DNA of 64,000 bases. It comes from Turneriella sp. (GTDB taxonomy: Bacteria > Spirochaetota > Leptospiria > Turneriellales > Turneriellaceae). A model generated the notes under the pieces. The model made no database searches. It saw only the letters and a program-made list of their open reading frames with translations, and was not told the origin of the DNA. The DNA lies in assembly GCA_965279515.1 (NCBI GenBank), contig CBDIID010000003.1, forward strand, positions 3,840,001 through 3,904,000. Reading direction: 5' to 3'. Below, in pieces: positions 39,885-50,195 of this stretch (position 1 is the stretch's first letter; each line of letters starts with the position of its first letter). Made by a program: the position numbers and the translations under genes.

Positions 39885-39916
39885 CGATGCCATCCCCTTC
39901 GCTATTGCTGTAACCC

Positions 39917-40333
39917 ATGATCCGCGGCATTTTGTTTCCGTTGTTACTTTTGCCCGTTGCGGTGCTGTTTGCCGAGATCAGTCCCGTATATTACAAAGAA
40001 ATGCAGGAAAAAGCCCCTGAGCGGCTGCGCATCAAAGTGACCGATTTCTCACGCGACTGGTATTTCTGGCGCAGTGAGCGCAAGGTCAAGGTCTCGGCCG
40101 AGGTCGTCCGCGTGATAAAATCTGCCAGCGGGATTACCGCTGGTAACCGCGTGTTTTTTGAGTATGTTATCTTCTCACCGCCGGGTGATGGCTGGGCCGG
40201 CCCACGGCCGATGCCTGAACTTACCGAGGGGGTAGAGTATGATTTCTTCGGTGAGCGGGTGGATGTGGACAAGGCTAAGGGCATCGTGCTGACACCCACG
40301 GCGCGCGGCTATTCGTTCGAATCGCTGCTTTAA
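39917..40333 (+). CDS. Hypothetical exported protein
   Basis: Signal peptide; clean ORF in the co-oriented gene run. Confidence 0.6.
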   Translation: MIRGILFPLLLLPVAVLFAEISPVYYKEMQEKAPERLRIKVTDFSRDWYFWRSERKVKVSAEVVRVIKSASGITAGNRVFFEYVIFSPPGDGWAGPRPMPELTEGVEYDFFGERVDVDKAKGIVLTPTARGYSFESLL

Positions 40334-40384
40334 CGACCGTCCGGCAATGCTTTACGCCGCGTCCGATACGCCGGATCGGATCAT

Positions 40385-41803
40385 ATGTTATCGGATCTTT
40401 CCCGCGATTTGAGCGCGAAGAAAATTTCTCCCGTCGAACTTCTGAACCAGACGCTCGACCAGGTCGGCAAGCACGACGAGAAGATTAAGGCATTCCTTGC
40501 CGTTGAAAAAGACCAGGCGCTGGCCGAGGCAAAAAAATCAGCGGATCGCATTCAGCAGGGCAAGGCGCTTTCTCCCTATGACGGCATTCCCATCGGCATC
40601 AAAGACAATATTGTGACGACGGGCCGCGTGACGCAGTGCGCTTCAAAAATTCTCGAAGGCTTTGTGTCGCCGTATTCTGCGACGGTGATTGAAAAACTGC
40701 AGGCACTGGGATTTATCACTTTGGGCCGCCTCAATATGGACGAGTTTGCGATGGGCTCCTCTACGGAAAATTCGGCATTCCAGATTACGCGCAATCCTTT
40801 CGACACAGACCGCGCGCCCGGCGGCTCATCGGGCGGTTCTGCCGCCGCCGTTGCTGCGGGATTTCTCCCCGTAGCGCTGGGCTCTGATACCGGCGGATCC
40901 ATCCGCCAGCCTGCGGCCTTTTGCGGGCTTGCGGGCCTGAAACCGACCTACGGTACTGTCTCACGCTACGGCCTTGTGGCTTTTGCCTCAAGCCTCGACC
41001 AGATTGGCCCCCTCGCACACACAGTTGCAGACGTTGAGATCGTGCATAATGCCATCAAGGGCCATGACGTAAAAGATTCGACGACCATGCCTGAGTCGGC
41101 GTACAAGAACTGGAAGGGCAGTCTCTCCGACATTCGCCTCGGCATCGACGAAAAGATGCTCGAAGGTTTGTCCGCTGAGGTGCGCGCGTCTTTTGACCAG
41201 ACCCTGGGTTTCCTCAAAGGCAAAGTAAAATCGGTTTCTCCCGTATCACTGCCAAACCAGAAGTATGGTATTCCGGTGTATTACCTTGTTGCGACGAGCG
41301 AGGCTTCGGCCAATCTCGCGCGTTTCGACGGTGTGCGTTTCGGCCACCGCAGCAAGGACCCAAAAAACCTCGCCGAGCTCTATGAAAAATCACGCACCGA
41401 AGGTTTTGGCCCCGAAGTCAAACGCCGCATTCTGCTCGGCACCTATTCGCTCTCGAGCGGTTATTACGATGCCTTTTACGGCAAGGCCCAGGCTGTGCGC
41501 ACACTGATCCAGAAAGACTATAACGAAGCGTTTACGCAAGTGGATGCTATCTTGATGCCGTCGACGCCTTCGCCGGCGTTCAAAATTGGCGAGAAGACTT
41601 CAGATCCCGTGCAGATGTATCTTTCCGACGTCTTGACAGTCGGCGCAAGTTTGGCCGGCATTCCGGCACTGGCCGTGCCGGGGCCAACGACTGGCCTGCC
41701 GATCGGTATGCAGCTGCAAGGCGCGAATTTTTCTGAAGATATGCTTTTTGCTTTAGGCAAAGCCATTGAGTCGGAGTTTCCGCAAAAACGCGCGGCGCTT
41801 TGA
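40385..41803 (+). CDS. gatA: Asp/Glu-tRNA amidotransferase subunit A
   Basis: IKDNI, NMDEFAMGSSTE, PGGSSGGS, GSDTGGSIRQPA and GFGPEVKRRI motifs. Confidence 0.96.
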   Translation: MLSDLSRDLSAKKISPVELLNQTLDQVGKHDEKIKAFLAVEKDQALAEAKKSADRIQQGKALSPYDGIPIGIKDNIVTTGRVTQCASKILEGFVSPYSATVIEKLQALGFITLGRLNMDEFAMGSSTENSAFQITRNPFDTDRAPGGSSGGSAAAVAAGFLPVALGSDTGGSIRQPAAFCGLAGLKPTYGTVSRYGLVAFASSLDQIGPLAHTVADVEIVHNAIKGHDVKDSTTMPESAYKNWKGSLSDIRLGIDEKMLEGLSAEVRASFDQTLGFLKGKVKSVSPVSLPNQKYGIPVYYLVATSEASANLARFDGVRFGHRSKDPKNLAELYEKSRTEGFGPEVKRRILLGTYSLSSGYYDAFYGKAQAVRTLIQKDYNEAFTQVDAILMPSTPSPAFKIGEKTSDPVQMYLSDVLTVGASLAGIPALAVPGPTTGLPIGMQLQGANFSEDMLFALGKAIESEFPQKRAAL

Positions 41804-41805
41804 CA

Positions 41806-43077
41806 ATGGCGTTTCTTTCGACACAGCCCTATAAAGGCACACGCGACTTTTTTCCCGAAGACATGCGCTTCCGTGAAGCGATGTTTTCTGTCATGCATCA
41901 AACGGTGCGCCGCTATGGCTTCGACCAGATCGATGCGCCTCTCATTGAGCCCATCGATGTCTATCTCGCCAAGACTTCCGAAGAAATTGTCGGCCAGCAA
42001 ATTTATTCTTTTACCGACCGCGGAGAGCGCAAGGTGGCGATACGCCCTGAGATGACGCCGACTGTGGCGCGCATGGTCGCGGCGCGCTTCCAGGAGACAC
42101 CGAAGCCAATACGTTGGTATTCGATACCCAACGTCTGGCGCTATGAGCAGCCGGGCAAGGGCCGGTTGCGTGAACACTGGCAGCTCAACTGCGATATCTT
42201 CGGCGCGGCCTCGGAGAAACTGGCAGACCTCGAAACTTTAAATCTCGCCGTCGACCTGCTCAGGGGCTATGGGGCAAATGCCGCTCATTTTAAGGTCTAT
42301 ATCTCGCACCGCGAGATTCTCAATGGCGTTCTGGGGGGCGAGCTGAAGCTGCCCGCCGAAAAATGGCCGAATGTCGCCCGCATCATGGATAAAAAATCCA
42401 AGGTAAAACCCGAAGCCTACAGCGAGATGCTCGAGGCCGAAGGTGTAACCGCCCTGCAAAAGGCAGAGCTGGATTTCTTTTTGATTGAAAAACTCGATTA
42501 TCTGAAGAAAAAATACCACCTGACCGGGGCAAGTTACGTTATCGAAATTATGGCAGAGCTGACGTCGCTCGGGCTCGGTGATTTTATCGAGTATGATCCG
42601 GGCGTTGTGCGCGGCTTTGATTATTATACCGGCCTCGTCTTCGAGGTTTTCGACACGCATCCGGAGAACCGGCGCAGTTTATTCGGTGGTGGGCGTTACA
42701 ATAATCTCGTCGGTGCCTTCGGTAAGGATACGCTGAATGCCGTCGGCTTCGGCATGGGGGATGTTACGCTCGAAAATTTCCTGCGCACGCATCAATTACT
42801 GGCCGACCAGCCGCGGCGCGTTGATCTCTACATCGCCCTGCTCGATGAAAAACTCGGTGGGCATGCGCTCAAGCTTGCGGGCGAGTTACGCGCGCGCGGC
42901 CTTGCGGTTGAGCTCGGCCTCGGTGCGGGAAAACTCGGCAAGCAGTTCCAGGAAGCGGAAAAGAAGGGCATCCCACGCGTTTTGATTCTTGGCGAAGATG
43001 AGGTTAAGGCCGGTATCTATTCTGTCAAAACGCTGGCGACGGGCGAGCAGGTCAAGGCCAGCGTCGCGGAAATCTAA
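41806..43077 (+). CDS. hisS: Histidine--tRNA ligase
   Basis: KGTRDF, RPEMTP, GRLREHWQ, RGFDYYTG and GGGRY motifs. Confidence 0.96.
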   Translation: MAFLSTQPYKGTRDFFPEDMRFREAMFSVMHQTVRRYGFDQIDAPLIEPIDVYLAKTSEEIVGQQIYSFTDRGERKVAIRPEMTPTVARMVAARFQETPKPIRWYSIPNVWRYEQPGKGRLREHWQLNCDIFGAASEKLADLETLNLAVDLLRGYGANAAHFKVYISHREILNGVLGGELKLPAEKWPNVARIMDKKSKVKPEAYSEMLEAEGVTALQKAELDFFLIEKLDYLKKKYHLTGASYVIEIMAELTSLGLGDFIEYDPGVVRGFDYYTGLVFEVFDTHPENRRSLFGGGRYNNLVGAFGKDTLNAVGFGMGDVTLENFLRTHQLLADQPRRVDLYIALLDEKLGGHALKLAGELRARGLAVELGLGAGKLGKQFQEAEKKGIPRVLILGEDEVKAGIYSVKTLATGEQVKASVAEI

Positions 43078-43084
43078 ACTCGAT

Positions 43085-44833
43085 TCAGCCGCCGGGAAAA
43101 TCCGGTGATTTTTGCACGCCATCGCCGAACAGTTTCGCGTGCACGCGCTCGCGCTCGCGGTCGATTTGTTCTGCTGTGGCACCAAAGGCTGACAATATAA
43201 ATTCCGTTATCGACAGCGCCACTTCGCCTTCACCGGCAAACACCGCGTCGGCGCCCGCGGCCCTCAGTTCAGCCACTTCGCGCAGGTAGGCTGTGCGTGC
43301 GAGAATACGTATTTTCGGATTCAGCCGTTTCGCCTCGTGGATGACTTCTTTACCGCCGCGGATACTGGATGAGCTTAAGATCAAAATATCCGCTTTTGCC
43401 ACGCCCGCCTGGCGCAACGTCTCGCTGTGGCTGGCATCGCCGTAGACCGCGGGCATATTGCGTCCCCTGAGTTCCTTAACTGTGTTGAGGTTGAGATCGA
43501 CGACCATGGGTGAAAAGCCGTTCGATGCTAAGAGCCGGGCGACGGTGCGGCCGACGGGACCATAACCAATGACGACGGCCGAGCGCGCTGATTTATCCGC
43601 TGCTGCATTCGCCGCCTGGGAATCATCCCCGCCGCTGTCGAAAAACCGCCGCAGAAACGCCAGCCGTCGCAGCCATTTTTCGAGAGGCGCTGCGGTGCGG
43701 TAGATCATCGGATTGATTGTGATCGTGATGATTGCGGCCGCCACGAGAATATTCGCCGCCCCGGCGGGTAAAATTTTCAGCTGCCCACCGAGTGTCGCGA
43801 GAATGAAAGAAAATTCACCGATTTGTGTGAGTGCAGCAGCGACAGAGATCGCCACGCGGGCGGGGTAGCGGAGCAGTGAGAGAATAATAAATGCCCCCAG
43901 CGGTTTGACGATGACGATGACGGCGACGACCGAAAGCACCAACAGCGGAGAATCGATGAGGCTGCGCAGGTCAAAGAGCATGCCCACCGATACAAAAAAC
44001 AAGACGGCGAAGGCGTCCCGCATTGGCAGGGCCTCAGTGGCTGCGCGAAGGCTGAAATCCGAGCGGCCGACAACCATGCCTGCGAGAAAGGCGCCCAGTG
44101 CCATCGAGACGCCGAAGAGCAGCGTGGAGCTGACGGCGATGCCAAGGGCGAGTATCAGCACGGCGAGGGTGAAAAGTTCACGCGAGCCCGTCGAAGCGAT
44201 GTAACCGAGAAGGCGCGGAATTACCCAACCGCCGACGATGAACGTCACGGCGACTAACGCCACAATCTTGACGAAGGCCATACCAAATGCCAGGGCGAGA
44301 CCTCCGCCTGCGCCCGGCCCGAAGACCGCGGGCAGCAGCACCAGGGTGAAGACGGTGAAGATATCTTCCATGACGAGCCAGCCGACAGCGACGTGGCCGA
44401 GCGGCGTGTGCAGGTCGTTGTTGTCGACGAGCACGCGTGTCATGACGACCGTACTGGCGACAGAGATGGCGAGGCCGAAGACAAAACCTGCATTCCAGTT
44501 CCAGCCGAAAAACCGCACAGCGATAGCGCCGAGAACGGCTGCAGCGATCATTTGCAGCAGCGCGACCGGGATGGCAATCCGCCGCACCGCCCAGAGTTCC
44601 TTAAAGTGAAACTGCAGCCCGACGCCGAACATCAGCAGAATCACACCGACTTCGGCGAGCTGGTCGGCGATCGCGGCGTTCGCGACAAAGCCGGGAGTTT
44701 TCGGGCCGACCGCAATGCCGGCGAGCAGATAGCCCACGATGGGCGAGAGACCGAGGCGGTGCGTCACGAGACCGAAGATGAGTGCGGCGACGAAACCGCC
44801 GACGAGAGTGAGTATGAGATCGAGGTTATGCAT
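43085..44833 (-). CDS. CPA2 cation:proton antiporter with TrkA-N/RCK domain (YbaL-like)
   Basis: VGYLLAG, GVILLMFGVGL, LRDAF-like MRDAF, QIGEFSF; GYGPVG RCK domain. Confidence 0.9.
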   Translation of the reverse strand: MHNLDLILTLVGGFVAALIFGLVTHRLGLSPIVGYLLAGIAVGPKTPGFVANAAIADQLAEVGVILLMFGVGLQFHFKELWAVRRIAIPVALLQMIAAAVLGAIAVRFFGWNWNAGFVFGLAISVASTVVMTRVLVDNNDLHTPLGHVAVGWLVMEDIFTVFTLVLLPAVFGPGAGGGLALAFGMAFVKIVALVAVTFIVGGWVIPRLLGYIASTGSRELFTLAVLILALGIAVSSTLLFGVSMALGAFLAGMVVGRSDFSLRAATEALPMRDAFAVLFFVSVGMLFDLRSLIDSPLLVLSVVAVIVIVKPLGAFIILSLLRYPARVAISVAAALTQIGEFSFILATLGGQLKILPAGAANILVAAAIITITINPMIYRTAAPLEKWLRRLAFLRRFFDSGGDDSQAANAAADKSARSAVVIGYGPVGRTVARLLASNGFSPMVVDLNLNTVKELRGRNMPAVYGDASHSETLRQAGVAKADILILSSSSIRGGKEVIHEAKRLNPKIRILARTAYLREVAELRAAGADAVFAGEGEVALSITEFILSAFGATAEQIDRERERVHAKLFGDGVQKSPDFPGG

Positions 44834-45067
44834 TTTATACTCTGTCTAATATAATTCCGTGACGGGATTTGATCCATAAAAAGGCAGCTGGCGCATGCAT
44901 AAATCCTGCAAATATTCAGCCGATGGCATGAAAAAAGTATTAGGGAACTTAGACATGTAAATTGGCTTAACAGATTCTTGATACTCTTTGCAGTTCACTT
45001 AACGATAATCCAGCGGGCGATCCGGGAAAGCGCATGGATATTAGAGCGGATGGACAGGAGACACAAT

Positions 45068-45454
45068 ATGAAACTGGTTACGGCGATCATTCAACCCGGT
45101 AAACTGCAGGATGTAAAGGATGCCTTGTTCCTGGCAAATATTTCCGGAATGACGATTTCAAATGTTATCGGCTGCGGGCAGCAGCAAGGTTATGACGTGT
45201 CCTTTCAGGGACTCGTGCATGAAATAAACCTGTTAAAAAAAGTACGCATTGAAATCGCCGTCAACGACGATCTCGTCGAAACAGCAGTCAGCGCTATTAT
45301 TGTCGGTGGGCGCACGGGAAAAATAGGTGATGGAAAGATTTTCGTGAGCCCCATTACCGACGTCATACGCATCCGTACGGGGGAACGCGGCAAAGCTGCG
45401 TTATGCAAATCTCCCATCGGTATCAAGGCTCATATCCGCCATAGGCGAAATTAG
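45068..45454 (+). CDS. P-II family signal transducer (GlnB/GlnK-like, divergent T-loop)
   Basis: AGGAG RBS; MKLVTAIIQP, RTGKIGDGKIFV and IRIRTGE motifs. Confidence 0.88.
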   Translation: MKLVTAIIQPGKLQDVKDALFLANISGMTISNVIGCGQQQGYDVSFQGLVHEINLLKKVRIEIAVNDDLVETAVSAIIVGGRTGKIGDGKIFVSPITDVIRIRTGERGKAALCKSPIGIKAHIRHRRN

Positions 45455-45504
45455 GTAGCAAATGCACACTTATAGTATTCCGCTGCTTATGCCGGTTTTG
45501 ACCC

Positions 45505-45555
45505 GATTTAACATCTTTTTCACTCAACTACCTGCTTTTTAATACCATTTATGCG
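45505..45555 (+). promoter_or_regulatory. Candidate T-rich KdpE-binding region upstream of kdpF
   Basis: T-rich tracts (TTTAACATCTTTTT; TTTTTAATACCATTTAT) in the expected position; inference only. Confidence 0.3.
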
Positions 45556-45609
45556 TGCGTTCCCGATGTGACAGGGCATATTTATGCAGATGAAACCAGG
45601 AGACCAACA

Positions 45610-45699
45610 ATGACCACTGAAGTGCTGACCGCCGCAATAACGGGGGGGCTGATTCTTTTATATCTGACCTACACCGTCGTGCGGCCGGAGAAATTCTAG
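45610..45699 (+). CDS. kdpF: K+-transporting ATPase subunit F (29 aa; absent from the ORF track)
   Basis: AGGAG RBS; MTTEVLTAAITGGLILLYLTYTVVRPEKF with the typical YL.Y....PE.F end; directly upstream of kdpA. Confidence 0.9.
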   Translation: MTTEVLTAAITGGLILLYLTYTVVRPEKF

Positions 45700-45707
45700 G
45701 AGGATTT

Positions 45708-47486
45708 ATGGCAGGCCGTGATTATTTACAACTCGGGATCTATTTTGCCGCGCTACTGATTCCGGCGCCTTTTATCGGGCGTTTTATGGCGCGTGTTTTC
45801 CAGGGTGAGAGAACCTGGCTGTCGCCGGTCTTGGGACCGGTGGAACGCCTCACCTACCGCCTCTCGGGCATTAAGCCGACGGTAGAGATGAACTGGAAGC
45901 AGTATGCGTTCGCGCTGATGATCTTCAACCTCATCGGGTTTTTGGTCGTCTTTGCCCTTCAGCTATGGCAGTCGCATCTGCCGCTCAACCCGCAAAAATT
46001 GCCGGATGTTCCGCTGCTTTTGGCATTGAATACCGCCGTGAGCTTCATGACGAACACAAACTGGCAGGCATATTCCGGAGAAAGCACCCTGAGCTACTTT
46101 GCACAGCTTCTCGGTCTCAATGTGCAGAACTTTGTCAGTGCCGCAACGGGTTTCGCCGCTTTGCTGGCGATGGTGCGGGGGCTCATCAGCAAAGGTTCAG
46201 AGTCGCTCGGTAATTTCTGGGTCGACCTGACGCGTGCAACGCTCTACGTGTTGCTGCCGTTCTCTATCCTCTTTGCAGTCCTGTTTGCTTCACAAGGCGT
46301 CGTGCAGAGTTTCAGTCCTTATAAAGAAGTGAAGACGATTGAAATTCAAAAAGACGCGGCGCCGGCAGTTGCGGCCAAACCCGCGCAGGGTGATCAGCCC
46401 GCCGTGGCCGCACAGGATGCACAACCCGCAGTCACGACGCAGCAGATACCCTTAGGACCTGCCGCTTCGCAAATTGCCATTAAACAGTTGGGCACGAATG
46501 GCGGCGGTTTTTTCGGTGTCAACAGCGCGCATCCTTTTGAAAATTCCACACCGTTTTCGAATTTTCTCCAGGTGCTGGCGATTCTGTTGTTGCCTGTAGC
46601 CTGCGTCACCATGTTCGGCGCTATGATCCGGCAGAAAAAGCACGGTTATGCAGTGCTGACGGCGATGCTTGTCATCTTCGTCGCGGGACTCATCACGATG
46701 CTGGTGTTCGAACACCGCGGTAACCCGATCTTCGGCGGCCTTACCAACCTTGAAGGTAAGGAAATGCGCTTTGGCGTCACGAACAGCATACTGTGGGGGG
46801 CGGTAACTACCGTCGCATCGAATGGTTCGGTGAACGCGATGCACGACAGCTTCCAGGCGCTGCCGGGAATGATCCCGATGTTCAACATTATGCTGGGTGA
46901 GGTCGTGTTCGGCGGTGTCGGTGCCGGCCTCTATGGTATGCTCACGCATGTGATTATCACGGTCTTTCTCGCCGGGCTCATGGTGGGCCGTACGCCCGAA
47001 TATCTCGGTAAAAAAATCGAAGCCCGGGAAGTTAAGTGGGCGATGCTGGCCATTGTGGTGCCTTCGGCGATTATTTTGATCGGCTCGGCTATGGCGGTAC
47101 TGCTGCCCTCGGCGCTATCGAGTCTCAACAACAAGGGACCGCATGGTCTCACCGAGATTCTCTATGCATTTTCATCGGCAGCCGGTAATAACGGCAGCGC
47201 ATTTGCAGGCCTCAATGCCAATACCGATTTCTACAATATTGCCCTGTCGATTGCAATGTTCTTTGGCCGGTTCATGGTGATCATTCCCGTGCTCGCCATC
47301 GGCGGTAGCATGGCAGTGAAAAAGATTCTGCCGCAATCGGCGGGTACGTTCCGCACCGACACAACGGTCTTCATCGTGCTCCTGGTGGGCGAGATCATTA
47401 TTGTCGGTGGGCTGACATTTTTCCCGGCGCTGACCTTAGGACCCATTATCGAACACTTTTTGGTCCCGGCCGCCAAGCTATTCTAA
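45708..47486 (+). CDS. kdpA: K+-transporting ATPase subunit A
   Basis: NTAVSFMTNTNWQ, LGTNGGG, SNGSVN and NNGSAFAG motifs. Confidence 0.97.
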   Translation: MAGRDYLQLGIYFAALLIPAPFIGRFMARVFQGERTWLSPVLGPVERLTYRLSGIKPTVEMNWKQYAFALMIFNLIGFLVVFALQLWQSHLPLNPQKLPDVPLLLALNTAVSFMTNTNWQAYSGESTLSYFAQLLGLNVQNFVSAATGFAALLAMVRGLISKGSESLGNFWVDLTRATLYVLLPFSILFAVLFASQGVVQSFSPYKEVKTIEIQKDAAPAVAAKPAQGDQPAVAAQDAQPAVTTQQIPLGPAASQIAIKQLGTNGGGFFGVNSAHPFENSTPFSNFLQVLAILLLPVACVTMFGAMIRQKKHGYAVLTAMLVIFVAGLITMLVFEHRGNPIFGGLTNLEGKEMRFGVTNSILWGAVTTVASNGSVNAMHDSFQALPGMIPMFNIMLGEVVFGGVGAGLYGMLTHVIITVFLAGLMVGRTPEYLGKKIEAREVKWAMLAIVVPSAIILIGSAMAVLLPSALSSLNNKGPHGLTEILYAFSSAAGNNGSAFAGLNANTDFYNIALSIAMFFGRFMVIIPVLAIGGSMAVKKILPQSAGTFRTDTTVFIVLLVGEIIIVGGLTFFPALTLGPIIEHFLVPAAKLF

Positions 47487-47501
47487 AAGGAGGAAAGCTC
47501 A

Positions 47502-49610
47502 ATGAGTACCAACATACTGAAAAATAAGAAAGGCCTCTTAAGCGGCGAGATTGTGAAATCCGCCCTTTGGGAAGCTCTCAAGAAATTCCATCCCGTAGTC
47601 CAGATGAAAAACCCGGTGATCTTTATCGTCACCGTCGGTGCGCTGTTCTGCACGGGCATTATTATCCGGGACGCCATCTACGGCAAAGTTTCAAACTTTA
47701 TCGTACAAATTACGCTGTGGCTCTACTTCACCACCTTCTTCGCCAATTTTGCCGAAGCCATCGCTGAGGGCAGGGGCAAAGCCAGGGCCGATGCGCTGCG
47801 CAATACCAAGTCGAATGCAATGGCACGCGTCATTGTCAATGGTGCCGAGAAGCGCATGCCCGCCGGTGAACTCAAAAAGGGCATGGTTGTGATCTGCGAA
47901 GCGGGCGACCAGGTGCCGGGTGACGGCGAGGTCATAAAGGGGATTGCCTCTGTCGATGAAAGCGCCATCACCGGCGAGTCGGCTCCCGTAATCCGTGAAT
48001 CGGGCGGCGACCGCTCGGCGGTAACCGGCGGCACCAAAGTGATCAGTGACCGTATTGAGATCCGCATTACCGCAGAGCCGGGGAATTCCTTCATGGACAA
48101 AATGATTACCCTGATTGAAGGGGCGATCCGCGCGAAGACACCCAACGAGATCGCACTGACAATTTTGCTCTCGATACTCTCGATTGTCTTTCTGCTGGCG
48201 GTGATGGGGATGTTCCCCTTTGCCCTCTACAGCCAGACGGAAGGCGGTGGCATCGGTGCAAAAACCGCAACTTCCATTCCGGTCTTGATCGCGCTCCTCG
48301 TATGTCTCATACCCACGACAATCGGCGGGTTGCTTTCTGCAATCGGCATCAGTGGCATGGGGCGCCTGATGCGCTCGAACGTGCTCGCGACATCGGGCCG
48401 TGCGATTGAGGCGGCCGGTGACATCGACGTGTTGCTGCTCGATAAAACAGGTACGATCACGCTCGGTAACCGTATGGCTTCGGAGTTTATTCCCGCGATG
48501 GGCGTAGACATCTGGCGTCTCGCCGATTCAGCGCAACTGGCTTCGCTGGCCGATGAGACCCCCGAAGGCCGCTCGATTGTGGTGCTTGCCAAGGAAAAAT
48601 TTAATATCCGCGGGCGCGAGATGCTGGCGCAGAACGGCGAATTTGTGCCGTTCAGTGCGGTAACACGTGTGAGCGGGATCAATATTCCCCTGACAGAGAA
48701 CAATCCCGAGCGGATCATCCGCAAGGGTGCGGCCGACGCCATCAAGGCCTTCGTCGAAGCGAAGGGGGGCAAGTATCCGGAAGAAACCCACCGCAGCGTA
48801 GAAGAAATTGCGCGTAAGGGGGGAACTCCCTTAGTCGTCGCCGAGAATAATAAGGTTCTGGGGGTTGTACACCTCAAAGATACCGTCAAACGCGGCTTGC
48901 AGGAACGTTTTGCCGATTTGCGCAAAATGGGCATCCGCACGATCATGATAACCGGGGATAACCCGCTCACCGCCGCAGCGATCGCCGCCGAAGCAGGTGT
49001 CGACGACTTTATTGCGCAGGCCACACCTGAAGCGAAACTCGCGCGCATCCGTGAAGAGCAGGCAAAGGGACATCTCGTCGCGATGATCGGCGACGGCACG
49101 AACGACGCACCGGCATTAGCTCAGGCCGACGTCGGCGTGGCGATGAACAGCGGTACCCAGGTGGCGCGCGAGGCGGGTAACATGCTCGACCTCGATAGCA
49201 ATCCGACAAAACTGATTGAGATCGTGGAAATCGGCAAACAGTTGCTGATTACCCGCGGCGCGCTCACGACCTTCAGTATCGCGAACGACATCTCTAAATA
49301 CTTTGCGATTCTGCCCGCGCTCTTTGCGGGGCTCTACATCGTGACCGGCATGACCTCAGGGCCTGCGTCTGCGCTCAACATCATGGATCTCAAATCGCCC
49401 GAAAGTGCGATCTTAAGCGCCGTGATTTTTAACGCGCTGATTATCATCGCGCTGATTCCGCTGGCGCTCAAGGGCGTCGCTTACCGGCCTGCGGGTGCGG
49501 ATAAGGTGGTGTTGCGCAATCTGCTGATTTATGGCCTCGGCGGCATACTGACACCGTTTTTGGGCATCAAGCTCATCGATATGGTGATCAATGCCGTAGG
49601 CATGGTTTAA
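47502..49610 (+). CDS. kdpB: K+-transporting ATPase subunit B
   Basis: [21 protein letters not shown] and GDGTND motifs. Confidence 0.97.
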   Translation: MSTNILKNKKGLLSGEIVKSALWEALKKFHPVVQMKNPVIFIVTVGALFCTGIIIRDAIYGKVSNFIVQITLWLYFTTFFANFAEAIAEGRGKARADALRNTKSNAMARVIVNGAEKRMPAGELKKGMVVICEAGDQVPGDGEVIKGIASVDESAITGESAPVIRESGGDRSAVTGGTKVISDRIEIRITAEPGNSFMDKMITLIEGAIRAKTPNEIALTILLSILSIVFLLAVMGMFPFALYSQTEGGGIGAKTATSIPVLIALLVCLIPTTIGGLLSAIGISGMGRLMRSNVLATSGRAIEAAGDIDVLLLDKTGTITLGNRMASEFIPAMGVDIWRLADSAQLASLADETPEGRSIVVLAKEKFNIRGREMLAQNGEFVPFSAVTRVSGINIPLTENNPERIIRKGAADAIKAFVEAKGGKYPEETHRSVEEIARKGGTPLVVAENNKVLGVVHLKDTVKRGLQERFADLRKMGIRTIMITGDNPLTAAAIAAEAGVDDFIAQATPEAKLARIREEQAKGHLVAMIGDGTNDAPALAQADVGVAMNSGTQVAREAGNMLDLDSNPTKLIEIVEIGKQLLITRGALTTFSIANDISKYFAILPALFAGLYIVTGMTSGPASALNIMDLKSPESAILSAVIFNALIIIALIPLALKGVAYRPAGADKVVLRNLLIYGLGGILTPFLGIKLIDMVINAVGMV

Positions 49611-49619
49611 GGAGGATAT

Positions 49620-50189
49620 GTGAAAACTCAAAATACGTTTATTGCCTTAAGACTTCTGCTGGTGATGACCCTGATCTGCGGGGGAGTTTATCCCCTGCTT
49701 GTCACGGGGATCGCAGGGGCAGCATTTCCTGAAAAAGCCCAGGGCAGCCTCATCTATAATAACAAGGGTGAGGCAATCGGTTCAGCGCTTCTCGCGCAAA
49801 AGTTCCGCGACGAAAATTATTTTTGGCCGCGGCCTTCTGCCGGTGATTATGCTACCGTCGCGTCAGGTGCATCCAATAAGGGACCCACGAGCGCCGATCT
49901 CAAGAAGAGTGTCGACGAACGCATTGCCGCACTCAAAGACACAGCCCGCGGTGAGAAAATTCCCGCCGATCTGCTGTTTGCATCCGGCAGCGGGTTGGAT
50001 CCCCACATTAGTCAAGGTGCCGCCCGTCTTCAGGTGAAGCGCATCGCCGCAGCAAGAAAGTTTGACGGCGCGAAGACCGCATCGCTTTACGCTTTGGTCG
50101 AGCGCATGACCGAAGAGCCGCAATGGGGTGTCTTTGGCGAGCAGCGTATCAATGTGCTGCTCCTCAATATCGCGCTCGACAAGATTTAA
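49620..50189 (+). CDS. kdpC: K+-transporting ATPase subunit C
   Basis: YFWPRPSA, SGSGLDPHIS and NVLLLN motifs. Confidence 0.96.
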   Translation: MKTQNTFIALRLLLVMTLICGGVYPLLVTGIAGAAFPEKAQGSLIYNNKGEAIGSALLAQKFRDENYFWPRPSAGDYATVASGASNKGPTSADLKKSVDERIAALKDTARGEKIPADLLFASGSGLDPHISQGAARLQVKRIAAARKFDGAKTASLYALVERMTEEPQWGVFGEQRINVLLLNIALDKI

Positions 50190-50195
50190 TGAGCC

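Noticed and set aside
45455..45609. c-di-AMP (ydaO) riboswitch upstream of kdp
   Set aside because: Conserved GCTGAATCC and GGGGGA elements not found
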